Assembly (NCBI GenBank): GCA_042216015.1
Contig: JBDGUI010000018.1
Location: 1 to 11,559, forward strand
Direction of reading: 5' to 3'
From: Halodesulfurarchaeum sp.
GTDB lineage: Archaea > Halobacteriota > Halobacteria > Halobacteriales > Halobacteriaceae
DNA: 11,559 nt
Of the stretch, positions 1 to 7,750 are shown piece after piece. Below the pieces are notes generated by a model, which made no database searches, was not told the DNA's origin, and saw only the letters and a program-made list of their open reading frames with translations. The position numbers and the translations under genes were made by a program. The stretch's first letter is position 1; each line of letters opens with the position of its first letter.

Positions 1-9
1 GTTCCTCGG

Positions 10-69
10 CCCGAGCGTTCCGCTCGGGGAATCGCGGCACTCGGGTCCGCTGGACCGCTCGTGCCGCGA
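10..69. repeat. Two tandem GC-rich hairpins (REP/palindrome-like element, possibly truncated by the window edge)
   Basis: CCCGAGCG(10-17)/CGCTCGGG(21-28) is a perfect 8-bp stem. TCGCGGCAC(32-40)/GTGCCGCGA(61-69) is a perfect 9-bp stem enclosing GGTCC(44-48)/GGACC(52-56). Confidence 0.6.
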
Positions 70-367
70 ATGCTATTCACGTTTCTACCCAATCGAGCTT
101 CAAACGCTTCCAAAGCGGCGATTTTCACACCTTTGAGGGCCTGATACGTCGATTTGGTTCAAATTGGGTCCTTATAGGTGGGGTCCTCATTTCGAGAACC
201 CAATCGAATAGTGAACCCCTTCTCCCCGGCCAGCTGGGAATTCCTATCAACAGTCCACTATCAGTACTCCGAGATAAGACCTCGGACGCAGCACGAAGTA
301 CTGTGCCCATCTCACGTGAAACGACAGACGCGGACCGAATTCAGTGGGTACTGAACGGCGAAGCCGC

Positions 368-613
368 TCAGTCCGCCACGATCCCGGCGACTCGGGGGAC
401 GAGCTGTCTGATTCCGAGAAGGTACACGCCAAAGAAGAGCGCCCAGGAACCGATGAACAGCTCCCAGGCCCCCAATGTGAACTCCCCCGCGAGAACGTTC
501 GCGATGCCGGCCTGATCGCCGAGCAGGCCGAGTGCCGTGAAGATCACCGTGCCAGCGGCCATCAGTAGCAGTGTGACGGGGTTTCCCACCGATTGCGATC
601 GGCGTGTTGCCAT
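368..613 (-). CDS. Small hypothetical membrane protein (81 aa, about 2 TM helices)
   Basis: Part of ORF 368..706; the likely start is ATG at 613 (MATRRSQSVGNPVTLLLMAAG...). It has two hydrophobic segments (VTLLLMAAGTVIFTALGLL; AWELFIGSWALFFGVYLLGI). A TATA-like ATTAAT lies about 27-32 nt upstream, consistent with a leaderless start. Confidence 0.7.
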   Translation of the reverse strand: MATRRSQSVGNPVTLLLMAAGTVIFTALGLLGDQAGIANVLAGEFTLGAWELFIGSWALFFGVYLLGIRQLVPRVAGIVAD

Positions 614-755
614 TGGCAAAGAGTTCCCCCGACCGGGGATTAATCTCCCGCTTTCAATCCGCGTCGCCGGGTCCGTCCGATCTGAGGTTGCGGAAGGGGA
701 ACACAAACACGGGGTTTCATTACTGGGCGGGTGTATTACTTATTGTTGATCAGGA

Positions 756-2651
756 GTGACGGATGAGGAAGTGGCGGAGGTGGATTCTGCGAAAAAGGAA
801 TCGTCGGAAGTGACGGAAGAGACCGTCGATTCGATCCCGATTCCCTTCCTGTCACTCGACGAATGGGGAGAAATCCGTCGGGTGAACCGGGCGTGGCTCG
901 ACGCGTTTGGCTACGACCGATCGACCGTCGAGGGGGCCAAATTCGAGGAGTTTCTCGATCCGGAGTCCACCGCGCACTTCCGATCCCAGTTGCAGACGCT
1001 TGACGCGAGAGAGCGGATCTCCGGGATCGAACTCGAAGTGGCGCACGCGGCCGGCCAGGGGGTGACCGTCGATCTCGAGGCGACCGTCGAGTACGCGAAC
1101 TCGGGAGCAATACACCGGATACACTGCCAGTTCGCGGCGGTCGGGCGGGATACCGGTCGGGAGGACCGGTTCCTGGCCCAGCAGGCGAAAATCGAGGCGC
1201 TCCTGGACGTCGCAATAGGGATCCAGCAGGCCGAGACCGAAGCGGCCGTCTACGAACGCCTCGTCGGGGCCGCAGCGGACATCCTCGAATTCGACAGCGC
1301 CATCGCCGACGCGGTCGAAGACGGGTATCTCGTTCCCCGGGCCGTCTCGGCGGGTGTCACCCCCGACGAATACGTCGGTCGCGTGTCGATCGAGGAGGAC
1401 ACGATCGGCTCACGGGTCTACCGAAGCGGGGAGTCCTCCGTGATCGAGGATCTCGATGACGACCGTTCGAGTCGATTTCGCTCGGTTCTCACCGTTCCGA
1501 TCGGCGAATACGGCGTCTTTCAGGCCGTCGACCGGGAGCCGAATGCCTTCTCCGAGACGGACTGTGACCTGGTGGAACTGCTGGTCGCCCACGGACGGGA
1601 CGCGCTCGACCGTCTCGAACACGTCGAGGCTCTCGAACGGCGAACAGCGTCGTTGAGCCGGGAGCGAAACCGCCTGGAGGCGATCTTCGAGGCGGTTCCC
1701 GAACCCATTGCCCACATCCGGTACGAGGATGGAGAGCCGATCGTCGTCGCCGTGAACTCGGCCTTCGAGGACACCTTCGGATTCGAGTCGAGCGAAATCG
1801 AGGGACGGTCGGTCAACGAACTCCTCGTTCCCGAAGACCATCTGGAGCGGGCACGCACGCTCGATCGGGCCGCCGAGCGCTCGAACATGGTCGAGCGCCA
1901 GGTCACACGGCTGGCCGCGGATGGCGAACGAACCTTTCGGCTTCGCTCCGCCGTACTCGAAACGGAGGGCGAACCGGAGATGCTCGTGGTGTACGTCGAC
2001 CTCAGCGAGCAGAAGGCGCGCGAGCGGGAACTCGAGCGGGAGAACGAACGACTCGAACAGTTCGCCAGTATCGTCTCTCACGATCTCCGATCGCCGCTCA
2101 CGGTGGCGAGGGGCCATCTCGACCTCCTCGGGGACGAGCACGACCGTTCCCACGTCGAGAAAATCGTCAGGGCGATCGATCGAATGGAGGCGATCATCGA
2201 CGACGTGCTGACGCTCACCCGCGGGGGCAAGACGGTGGCCCAGACCGAGAAGGAGCCAGTCGAGCTGGCCGCACTCGCCGAAGCCGCCTGGCAGGCCGTC
2301 GACTCGGATGAGGCCACCCTCGAGATCGAAACGGACCGAACGGTGCTCGCGGACCGGTCTCGACTGCGCCGGGTCTTCGAGAACCTCCTCTGGAACGCCG
2401 TCGAGCACGCCGGACCGACGGTCACCGTCACCGTGGGAGACACCGAGGACGGATTCTTCGTCGAGGACGACGGGCCGGGAATTCCCGAAAGCGAGCGGGA
2501 GAAGGTGTTCGAATCGGGCTATTCGACCTCCCGGGACGGGACCGGATTGGGTCTCGACATCGTCGGAGAGATCCTCGAGGCCCACGGCTGGTCCATCTCC
2601 CTCGAGAACGCCGAAACCGGCGGCACCCGCTTCGAGATCCGGACGGCGTGA
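756..2651 (+). CDS. Cytoplasmic PAS-GAF-PAS sensor histidine kinase (HisKA + HATPase_c)
   Basis: PAS signatures (VNRAWLDAFGY; VNSAFEDTFGF), GAF-like region (RSVLTVPIGEYGVFQAV), H-box SHDLRSPL, N-box ENLLWNAVEH, G1 EDDGPGIP, G2 GTGLGL. The GTG start is uncertain (in-frame GTG alternatives at 771 and 780). Confidence 0.93.
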   Translation: MTDEEVAEVDSAKKESSEVTEETVDSIPIPFLSLDEWGEIRRVNRAWLDAFGYDRSTVEGAKFEEFLDPESTAHFRSQLQTLDARERISGIELEVAHAAGQGVTVDLEATVEYANSGAIHRIHCQFAAVGRDTGREDRFLAQQAKIEALLDVAIGIQQAETEAAVYERLVGAAADILEFDSAIADAVEDGYLVPRAVSAGVTPDEYVGRVSIEEDTIGSRVYRSGESSVIEDLDDDRSSRFRSVLTVPIGEYGVFQAVDREPNAFSETDCDLVELLVAHGRDALDRLEHVEALERRTASLSRERNRLEAIFEAVPEPIAHIRYEDGEPIVVAVNSAFEDTFGFESSEIEGRSVNELLVPEDHLERARTLDRAAERSNMVERQVTRLAADGERTFRLRSAVLETEGEPEMLVVYVDLSEQKARERELERENERLEQFASIVSHDLRSPLTVARGHLDLLGDEHDRSHVEKIVRAIDRMEAIIDDVLTLTRGGKTVAQTEKEPVELAALAEAAWQAVDSDEATLEIETDRTVLADRSRLRRVFENLLWNAVEHAGPTVTVTVGDTEDGFFVEDDGPGIPESEREKVFESGYSTSRDGTGLGLDIVGEILEAHGWSISLENAETGGTRFEIRTA

Positions 2652-2733
2652 GCCCGGGTCGGCCACCAGCGCGGTCAGTGTGTCAAATTCCAACACGTTT
2701 ACCCGATCTGCGTCCGTATCCTTTCGGTGGGAA

Positions 2734-3009
2734 ATGTTCGAATCCCCCTGGCAGATCGGGATCCTCCTCGGCATCGTGAGCCTGTATGCCCTGTTTCTCT
2801 TCCGGTTCGCTCACCGTCGACTGGCCCAGTCGCAGGCGACACCGCAGCCCGAATCCGGCCACGGGGAGGAGTCACCGATCGTCTGTCCGGAGTGTGGAAC
2901 CCGAAACGGGGCCGGATACCGGTTCTGCCGGTCCTGTATCGCAGAACTCCCCCAGCCGGAGGATTCCGGCCACCAGCCCGGCCACGAGCTGAGTCGGAAC
3001 GCGCGGTGA
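2734..3009 (+). CDS. Small membrane-anchored zinc-ribbon protein (91 aa; CPECG...CRSC)
   Basis: 3' part of ORF 2308..3009 from ATG 2734. N-terminal TM helix (WQIGILLGIVSLYALFLFRF) followed by CPECGTRNGAGYRFCRSC, a CPxCG-type four-Cys zinc finger of the kind common in haloarchaea. Confidence 0.8.
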   Translation: MFESPWQIGILLGIVSLYALFLFRFAHRRLAQSQATPQPESGHGEESPIVCPECGTRNGAGYRFCRSCIAELPQPEDSGHQPGHELSRNAR

Positions 3010-3043
3010 CCGATCGGGAAGGGGAGGCAATGGGGACCGGATG

Positions 3044-3094
3044 CAAAGATTTTATTATGAAGCACAAACAAAGATTATACTGAATTCGAGGTGA
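3044..3094 (+). promoter_or_regulatory. hsp20 promoter and Shine-Dalgarno
   Basis: TATA box TTTTATTA (3050-3057) with a purine-rich BRE. Downstream CAAA elements at 3065-3068 and 3069-3072. SD GAGGTGA (3088-3094) ends 6 nt before ATG 3101. Confidence 0.7.
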
Positions 3095-3100
3095 CAAGCC

Positions 3101-3472
3101 ATGCCGCTGCCAACCACGCCAGCGAGTTCGTGGATGAGTGATCTCGACCTGCCGAGCCGACTGTTCGAAACGGGTCGAAGCGATTACGAGCTGTACGAGG
3201 AGGACGGCGAGTTCGTCCTCAGCGTCGAGTTGCCGGGCTTCGATCCCGAAGAGATCACGGTCACCTGGAACGAGGGCGTGCTCAACATCGCCGCCGAACA
3301 CGAGGAGGAGAGTCGCGGAAGCCGGAAGACCTACCACCGTCGGTTCCGCTTCCCGAAGGAGGTCTCGGAGGATGATATCGCCGCCTCGTACACCAACGGA
3401 ATCCTCGAGGTCCGGCTGCCCCAGGTAACCGGTGCGACGGTCACGGGGAGCGAGATCCCGATCGAACACTGA
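3101..3472 (+). CDS. hsp20: Small heat shock protein, Hsp20/alpha-crystallin family
   Basis: Alpha-crystallin motifs VELPGFDPEEITV and ASYTNGILEVRLP, C-terminal IXI motif (IPI), strong SD. Confidence 0.95.
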   Translation: MPLPTTPASSWMSDLDLPSRLFETGRSDYELYEEDGEFVLSVELPGFDPEEITVTWNEGVLNIAAEHEEESRGSRKTYHRRFRFPKEVSEDDIAASYTNGILEVRLPQVTGATVTGSEIPIEH

Positions 3473-3578
3473 CGGGCGATTATCGGGTTTTCTGGTCCTC
3501 GAAGACCGACGACGGAGGTGCGGACCCGTCCGTGACGTCGGGGTGGATCGTTTTCCACCGTCACATCGTGTAAATGGG

Positions 3579-3586
3579 TTTTTATA
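3579..3586 (+). promoter_or_regulatory. TATA box of the trkA-trkH operon
   Basis: TTTTTATA preceded by TAAATGGG. Typical spacing predicts a transcription start near 3607-3612. Confidence 0.7.
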
Positions 3587-3610
3587 GAAAGGGAGGCCAA
3601 TCCCCCATCC

Positions 3611-3634
3611 ATGACGGTACGGAGGCTTTCCTGA
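3611..3634 (+). other. Candidate leaderless upstream micro-ORF (MTVRRLS*) overlapping the trkA start
   Basis: ATG ACG GTA CGG AGG CTT TCC TGA. The stop overlaps the trkA ATG as TGATG. The ATG sits at the predicted TSS. GGAGG lies inside at 3621-3625. Translation is unproven. Confidence 0.35.
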
Positions 3635-4968
3635 TGCGCATCCTCATCGTCGGGGCCGGCGAGGTTGGCTCCTCGATCGCCGCCAATCTCGCGGCGACTC
3701 ATGACGTGGTGGTGGTCGAGCGGGACCCGGCTGTCGTCGAGGACATCACCTATTCGATCGATGTCCTGGCGATTCAGGGTGACGGGACCGAGATGGACGT
3801 GCTCCAGGAGGCGGACATCGATCGGGCCGACATGGTGATCGCGGCCACCGACAGCGACGAAACGAACATCGTCATCAGCGGCACGGCCAAGACGATCAGC
3901 GACGCGTTCACCATCGCCCGGATCAAGCGCCGGAGCCTGCTGCGCACCTGGGAACAGTCCCATGGCTCCTTCGGCGTGGACTTCATGGTCTGTACCGACC
4001 TGGTCACCGCGGAGACGATCTTCCGGATCTCGGAGGTCCCACACGCCCACGACGTCGACTCGTTCTCGAACGACCTGATCCGGATGGTCGAGCTGGAAAT
4101 CGACCCGGAGAGTCCGATCGTCGGCAAATCCGTCCACGAGGCCGATCGGTACGACTCGATGACCTTCGCCGGCATCTTTCGCGACGGCGACCTGATCGTC
4201 GTGACCGGGGAGACGACGATCGAGGCGGGCGACAACCTCGTGGTGATCGGGAGCGAGACGTCGGTTCGGTCCTTCGCCAGCGAAACCGCCGCCCACCCCG
4301 AGGAGACCATCGAGGACATCGTGATCATCGGCGGCAGCAAGGCCGGCCACCAGACAGCCCGGGTTTTCGAGGAACACGGCTATCGACCGCGGCTCATCGA
4401 GCGGGATCCCGACCGGGCCCGGTACCTCGCCGAGGAACTCTCGAAGACGACGGTCATGGAGAGTGACGCCACGGACACGGCGTTTCTCGACCGGGAGCGC
4501 GTCGGCGAGGCCGACGTGGTCGTGGTCTGTCTCGAGAGCGACGAGAAGAACCTGCTCGTCTCGCTTCTGGCCCGGAAGTTGGGGGCCAGACGAACCGTCG
4601 CCATCGTCGAGAACGCCGAGTACGGCGAGCTCTTCGAGGCGGTCGGCGTGGACATCGCCGTCGACCCGCGCATGGAGACCGCAGAGGAGATCGTCCGGTT
4701 CACCCGCGAGGGCCACACCGAGAAGGTCGCGATGCTCCAGCACGACCGGGCGGAGGTCCTCGAGGTGGAACTCGACGAGGGAAGTTCCGTCTCGGGCAAG
4801 CGACTGGTCGAGGTCATCGAATCGATGCCCGAAGGCGTGGTCATCGGCGCCATATCCAGGGCCGGGGAACTCGTCACCCCGCGGGGCGAAACCGTCTTTC
4901 AGCCGGGCGATCACGTGGTCCTGTTCGTCGACGGAACGGTCCTCAACGAGATCGTTCCGAAATTCTGA
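3634..4968 (+). CDS. trkA: Trk system potassium uptake regulatory subunit TrkA (tandem RCK_N/RCK_C)
   Basis: MRILIVGAGEVG Rossmann motif at ATG 3634 with GGAGG SD. Second RCK_N motif IVIIGGSKAG. RCK_C ends (TTIEAGDNLVVIG; TVFQPGDHVVLF). Adjacent to trkH. Confidence 0.95.
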   Translation: MRILIVGAGEVGSSIAANLAATHDVVVVERDPAVVEDITYSIDVLAIQGDGTEMDVLQEADIDRADMVIAATDSDETNIVISGTAKTISDAFTIARIKRRSLLRTWEQSHGSFGVDFMVCTDLVTAETIFRISEVPHAHDVDSFSNDLIRMVELEIDPESPIVGKSVHEADRYDSMTFAGIFRDGDLIVVTGETTIEAGDNLVVIGSETSVRSFASETAAHPEETIEDIVIIGGSKAGHQTARVFEEHGYRPRLIERDPDRARYLAEELSKTTVMESDATDTAFLDRERVGEADVVVVCLESDEKNLLVSLLARKLGARRTVAIVENAEYGELFEAVGVDIAVDPRMETAEEIVRFTREGHTEKVAMLQHDRAEVLEVELDEGSSVSGKRLVEVIESMPEGVVIGAISRAGELVTPRGETVFQPGDHVVLFVDGTVLNEIVPKF

Positions 4969-4969
4969 A

Positions 4970-5017
4970 ATGAGATTCGATCGACGCCCCGCACGAGTGA
5001 GAGGAGTGACGCGATGA
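4970..5017 (+). other. Candidate bridging micro-ORF ([15 protein letters not shown]) between trkA and trkH
   Basis: The ATG is separated from the trkA stop by 1 nt. The stop overlaps the trkH start as ATGA (5014-5017). GAGGAG lies inside at 5001-5006. Translation is unproven. Confidence 0.3.
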
Positions 5018-6582
5018 GCTGGAACGTCGAGTGGCGGGCGAGTCTCGCCAGCCTCGGGACGATGGTGAAGTTCCTCTCGCTCTCGATGCTCGTCCCGCTC
5101 TTCGTCGGCGCGGTCTACGGCGAGGATATCTGGGTCTTCGGGGTGTCGATTGTGGTGACCGCGGGCGCCGGCCTGGCCCTCGAGCAACTCGATTCCGATC
5201 CGGATCTCGGTCCACGTGAGGCGCTCCTGCTCGTCTCGCTCGCCTGGACCACCGCCTCGATCTTCGGGGCGATCCCGTTTCTCCTCGCGGGGATCGGGAC
5301 GGAGTCGACGATCGGGCTCTCGCTCGACTCGACCGGGGCGGCCTTCGCGTCGATCGTCAACGCTCTCTTCGAATCCGCGAGCGGGTTCACGACGACCGGA
5401 GCGACGGTCCTCGGCGAGATCAGTCTGGAGCGGCACTCCCACGCGGTGTTGCTCTGGCGCCAGCTCATCCAGTGGCTCGGCGGCATGGGAATCATCGTCC
5501 TCATGATCGCCATCCTGCCCGAACTCGCGGTCAACGGCGCCCAGTTGATGCAATCGGAGGCACCGGGACCCGACCTCCAGAAGCTGACCCCGAAGATTGC
5601 CGAGACCGCCCGGGCGCTCTGGTTGATCTACTTCGGATTCACCGTCCTCCTCGTCGCGGCCCTGTACGGCCTGCACCTCGCCGGCCTGGCGCCGAACATG
5701 AACCTCTTCAACGCGGTCTCCCACGCGTTCTCGGCGCTCCCGACCGGCGGATTCTCGCCGAAGGCCCGGAGCATCGCGGCCTTCTCGGCGGCGGTCCAGT
5801 GGGTCATCATCCCCTTCCTGGTCGTGGCCGGGACGAACTTCGCGCTGTTCTGGCACGTGCTCAGGGGCGAAGCCGAACACCTCTACCGCAACTCGGAGTT
5901 TCGGGCCTACGCGGGGGCCATCGCCGTCTTCGCCGCGATCCTCTCGGTGCTGCTGGTCGGCGGGGCGGCCCCGGTCCTCGAGATTGGCGGGGCAACCGAG
6001 GGCCTCGTGGAGCCCGCCATCCGCACCGGGGCATTCCAGATCGTCTCGCTGCTCAACTCCACGGGCTTTGCGACGGCGAACTACGTCGAGTGGAGCCACG
6101 CCGCCCAGCTGTTCCTCCTCTTAGCGATGTTCGTGGGCGGGTCGGCCGGCTCGACCGGCGGCGGGATCAAGGTCGTCCGCTGGCTCGTGGTGCTGAAGGC
6201 GATCCGGCGACAGCTCTACACGACCGCCCACCCCGAGGTCGTCGAACCCGTCCGGCTCGCCGGGAGCGTGGTCGAGGAGGACGCCATCCGAGGGATCCTG
6301 ACCTTCACGGTGCTGTATCTCGTGCTCATGGGCGTCTCGGCCGTGTTCTTCAGCCTCGATGCCGCCCGCGTGGGCATCGAGCTGACGGCGATGGAGTCGA
6401 TCGGCGCCTCCGTCGCGACCCTCGGGAACATCGGGCCGGGATTCGGACGGCTCGGACCCTTCGGCAGTTACGAGTTCTTCCCGGAGACGTCAAAGCTCGT
6501 CATGACCGGCCTCATGTGGGTGGGCCGACTCGAGATCGTCCCGGTCCTCGCGATCTTCGTGAGCGGGATCCGGGACCGGTAG
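5014..6582 (+). CDS. trkH: Trk system potassium channel subunit TrkH
   Basis: Polytopic membrane protein with four pore-loop motifs: [32 protein letters not shown]. Also [12 protein letters not shown] and MWVGRLEI. Confidence 0.96.
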   Translation: MSWNVEWRASLASLGTMVKFLSLSMLVPLFVGAVYGEDIWVFGVSIVVTAGAGLALEQLDSDPDLGPREALLLVSLAWTTASIFGAIPFLLAGIGTESTIGLSLDSTGAAFASIVNALFESASGFTTTGATVLGEISLERHSHAVLLWRQLIQWLGGMGIIVLMIAILPELAVNGAQLMQSEAPGPDLQKLTPKIAETARALWLIYFGFTVLLVAALYGLHLAGLAPNMNLFNAVSHAFSALPTGGFSPKARSIAAFSAAVQWVIIPFLVVAGTNFALFWHVLRGEAEHLYRNSEFRAYAGAIAVFAAILSVLLVGGAAPVLEIGGATEGLVEPAIRTGAFQIVSLLNSTGFATANYVEWSHAAQLFLLLAMFVGGSAGSTGGGIKVVRWLVVLKAIRRQLYTTAHPEVVEPVRLAGSVVEEDAIRGILTFTVLYLVLMGVSAVFFSLDAARVGIELTAMESIGASVATLGNIGPGFGRLGPFGSYEFFPETSKLVMTGLMWVGRLEIVPVLAIFVSGIRDR

Positions 6583-6583
6583 C

Positions 6584-6985
6584 TCAGCATTCGGCCGCCC
6601 AGAGGCGATGGTCCACCGGGAGTGAGAAACCCTCGACGAGAATCCGTTCGATCACCCCGGCGACTCGCTCGTCGTCACCGGATACGGCGATCCGGAGGTT
6701 CGTCCCACCGTCGGTGACCGACTGCTGGTCGGTAACCCGAACGCCCCCGAACTGGTCGATCGCGGCCCGGATCGACTCCAGTTCGGCGTCGGTGCAGTCG
6801 AGATTGAGCCGTTGGTCACGGTCCCGGTACTGGAGCCAGGGCGGTGGTCCCGAGCCGTTTCCAGGCGTCGATTCGGGGTCGACCTCCACGGTCAGATACG
6901 GGCTCTCCCGCTCGCGATGGGCCCGGATCGCCGCCACGAGCAGTGAGTTGCGCTCCCCGGGAGTGCTGCCGGCGAATCTGTTCAT
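6584..6985 (-). CDS. Hypothetical protein (133 aa, soluble)
   Basis: Part of ORF 6584..7204; the likely start is ATG 6985 ([13 protein letters not shown]...). It fills the trkH-adk gap. A minus-strand TATA (TTTTAT, 7008-7013) sits at leaderless spacing. Protein-like alternating alpha/beta composition. Confidence 0.75.
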   Translation of the reverse strand: MNRFAGSTPGERNSLLVAAIRAHRERESPYLTVEVDPESTPGNGSGPPPWLQYRDRDQRLNLDCTDAELESIRAAIDQFGGVRVTDQQSVTDGGTNLRIAVSGDDERVAGVIERILVEGFSLPVDHRLWAAEC

Positions 6986-7073
6986 GGGCTGGGTGCGGTC
7001 GGGACTGATAAAAGGATCGGGTCGGTTCGCCGAGTTCGACAATCCCTTGTACCGACCGCCAAAAGTGGCCAGC

Positions 7074-7715
7074 ATGACGAATCCACGCGTCCTGCTGCTG
7101 GGGGCCCCGGGGGCAGGCAAGGGCACCCAGGCGGATCGACTCACCGAGGCCTTCGACATCGAACACATCACCACCGGCGATGCGTTGCGGGCGAACAAGG
7201 ACATGGAGACCGACTACGGGACCCCGCGGGAGTACATGGACGCGGGCGAGTTGGTGCCGGATCCCGTCGTCAACGAGATCGTGGAGGCCGCAATCGAGGA
7301 CGCGGACGGGTTCCTCCTCGACGGCTATCCTCGAAACGAGTCACAGGTCGAGTACCTCGAGGAGATCACCGACCTCGACGTCGTGGCGTACCTCGAGGTG
7401 AGCGAGTCCGAGCTCCTCGACCGGCTGACGGGACGTCGGGTCTGTCGGGAGTGCGGTCGCAGTTACCACGTCAAATACGATCCGCCCGAGGAACCCGGCG
7501 TCTGTGACGTGTGTGGGGGCGAACTCTACCAGCGCGAGGACGACACCGAGGAAACCGCGCGCGAGCGGATCGAGGTCTTCGAGGCGAACACGGCCCCGGT
7601 GGTCGAACACTTCCGCGAGGCGGGCGATCTGGTCGAGATCGACGGCGAACAGGACCCGGAAAGCGTCTTTCGCGAACTCGAGGCGGCAGTCGAGGCGAGG
7701 ACGGACGCGGAGTAA
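7074..7715 (+). CDS. adk: Adenylate kinase, bacterial-type long form with Zn-binding LID
   Basis: 3' end of ORF 5472..7715 from ATG 7074. P-loop [33 protein letters not shown]...CDVCG, QREDD. Confidence 0.97.
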   Translation: MTNPRVLLLGAPGAGKGTQADRLTEAFDIEHITTGDALRANKDMETDYGTPREYMDAGELVPDPVVNEIVEAAIEDADGFLLDGYPRNESQVEYLEEITDLDVVAYLEVSESELLDRLTGRRVCRECGRSYHVKYDPPEEPGVCDVCGGELYQREDDTEETARERIEVFEANTAPVVEHFREAGDLVEIDGEQDPESVFRELEAAVEARTDAE

Positions 7716-7750
7716 AAGGTTCATTACGCACCCTCCCATTTTGTCCGGTA

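Noticed and set aside
1410..2774. 454-aa minus-strand ORF, and similar shadows at 2699..3469, 8470..9510 and 8834..9976
   Set aside because: Antisense to confident genes with no independent coding evidence.
3473..3633. Riboswitch (e.g. c-di-AMP) upstream of trkA
   Set aside because: The hairpins lie upstream of the trk TATA box and the predicted leader is only about 25 nt. No aptamer consensus was recognised.
3574..3633. Longer trkA start at ATG 3574
   Set aside because: It lies upstream of the TATA box. The Rossmann motif begins right at ATG 3634, which has an SD.
3331..6099. 922-aa minus-strand ORF
   Set aside because: Antisense shadow of trkA/trkH caused by high-GC codon bias. It has no recognisable motifs and overlaps two confident genes.
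5472..7073. Apparent 534-aa N-terminal extension of adk (747-aa ORF)
   Set aside because: Off-frame Arg/Pro/Gly-rich read through trkH. The real adk begins at ATG 7074 with its own TATA-like box.
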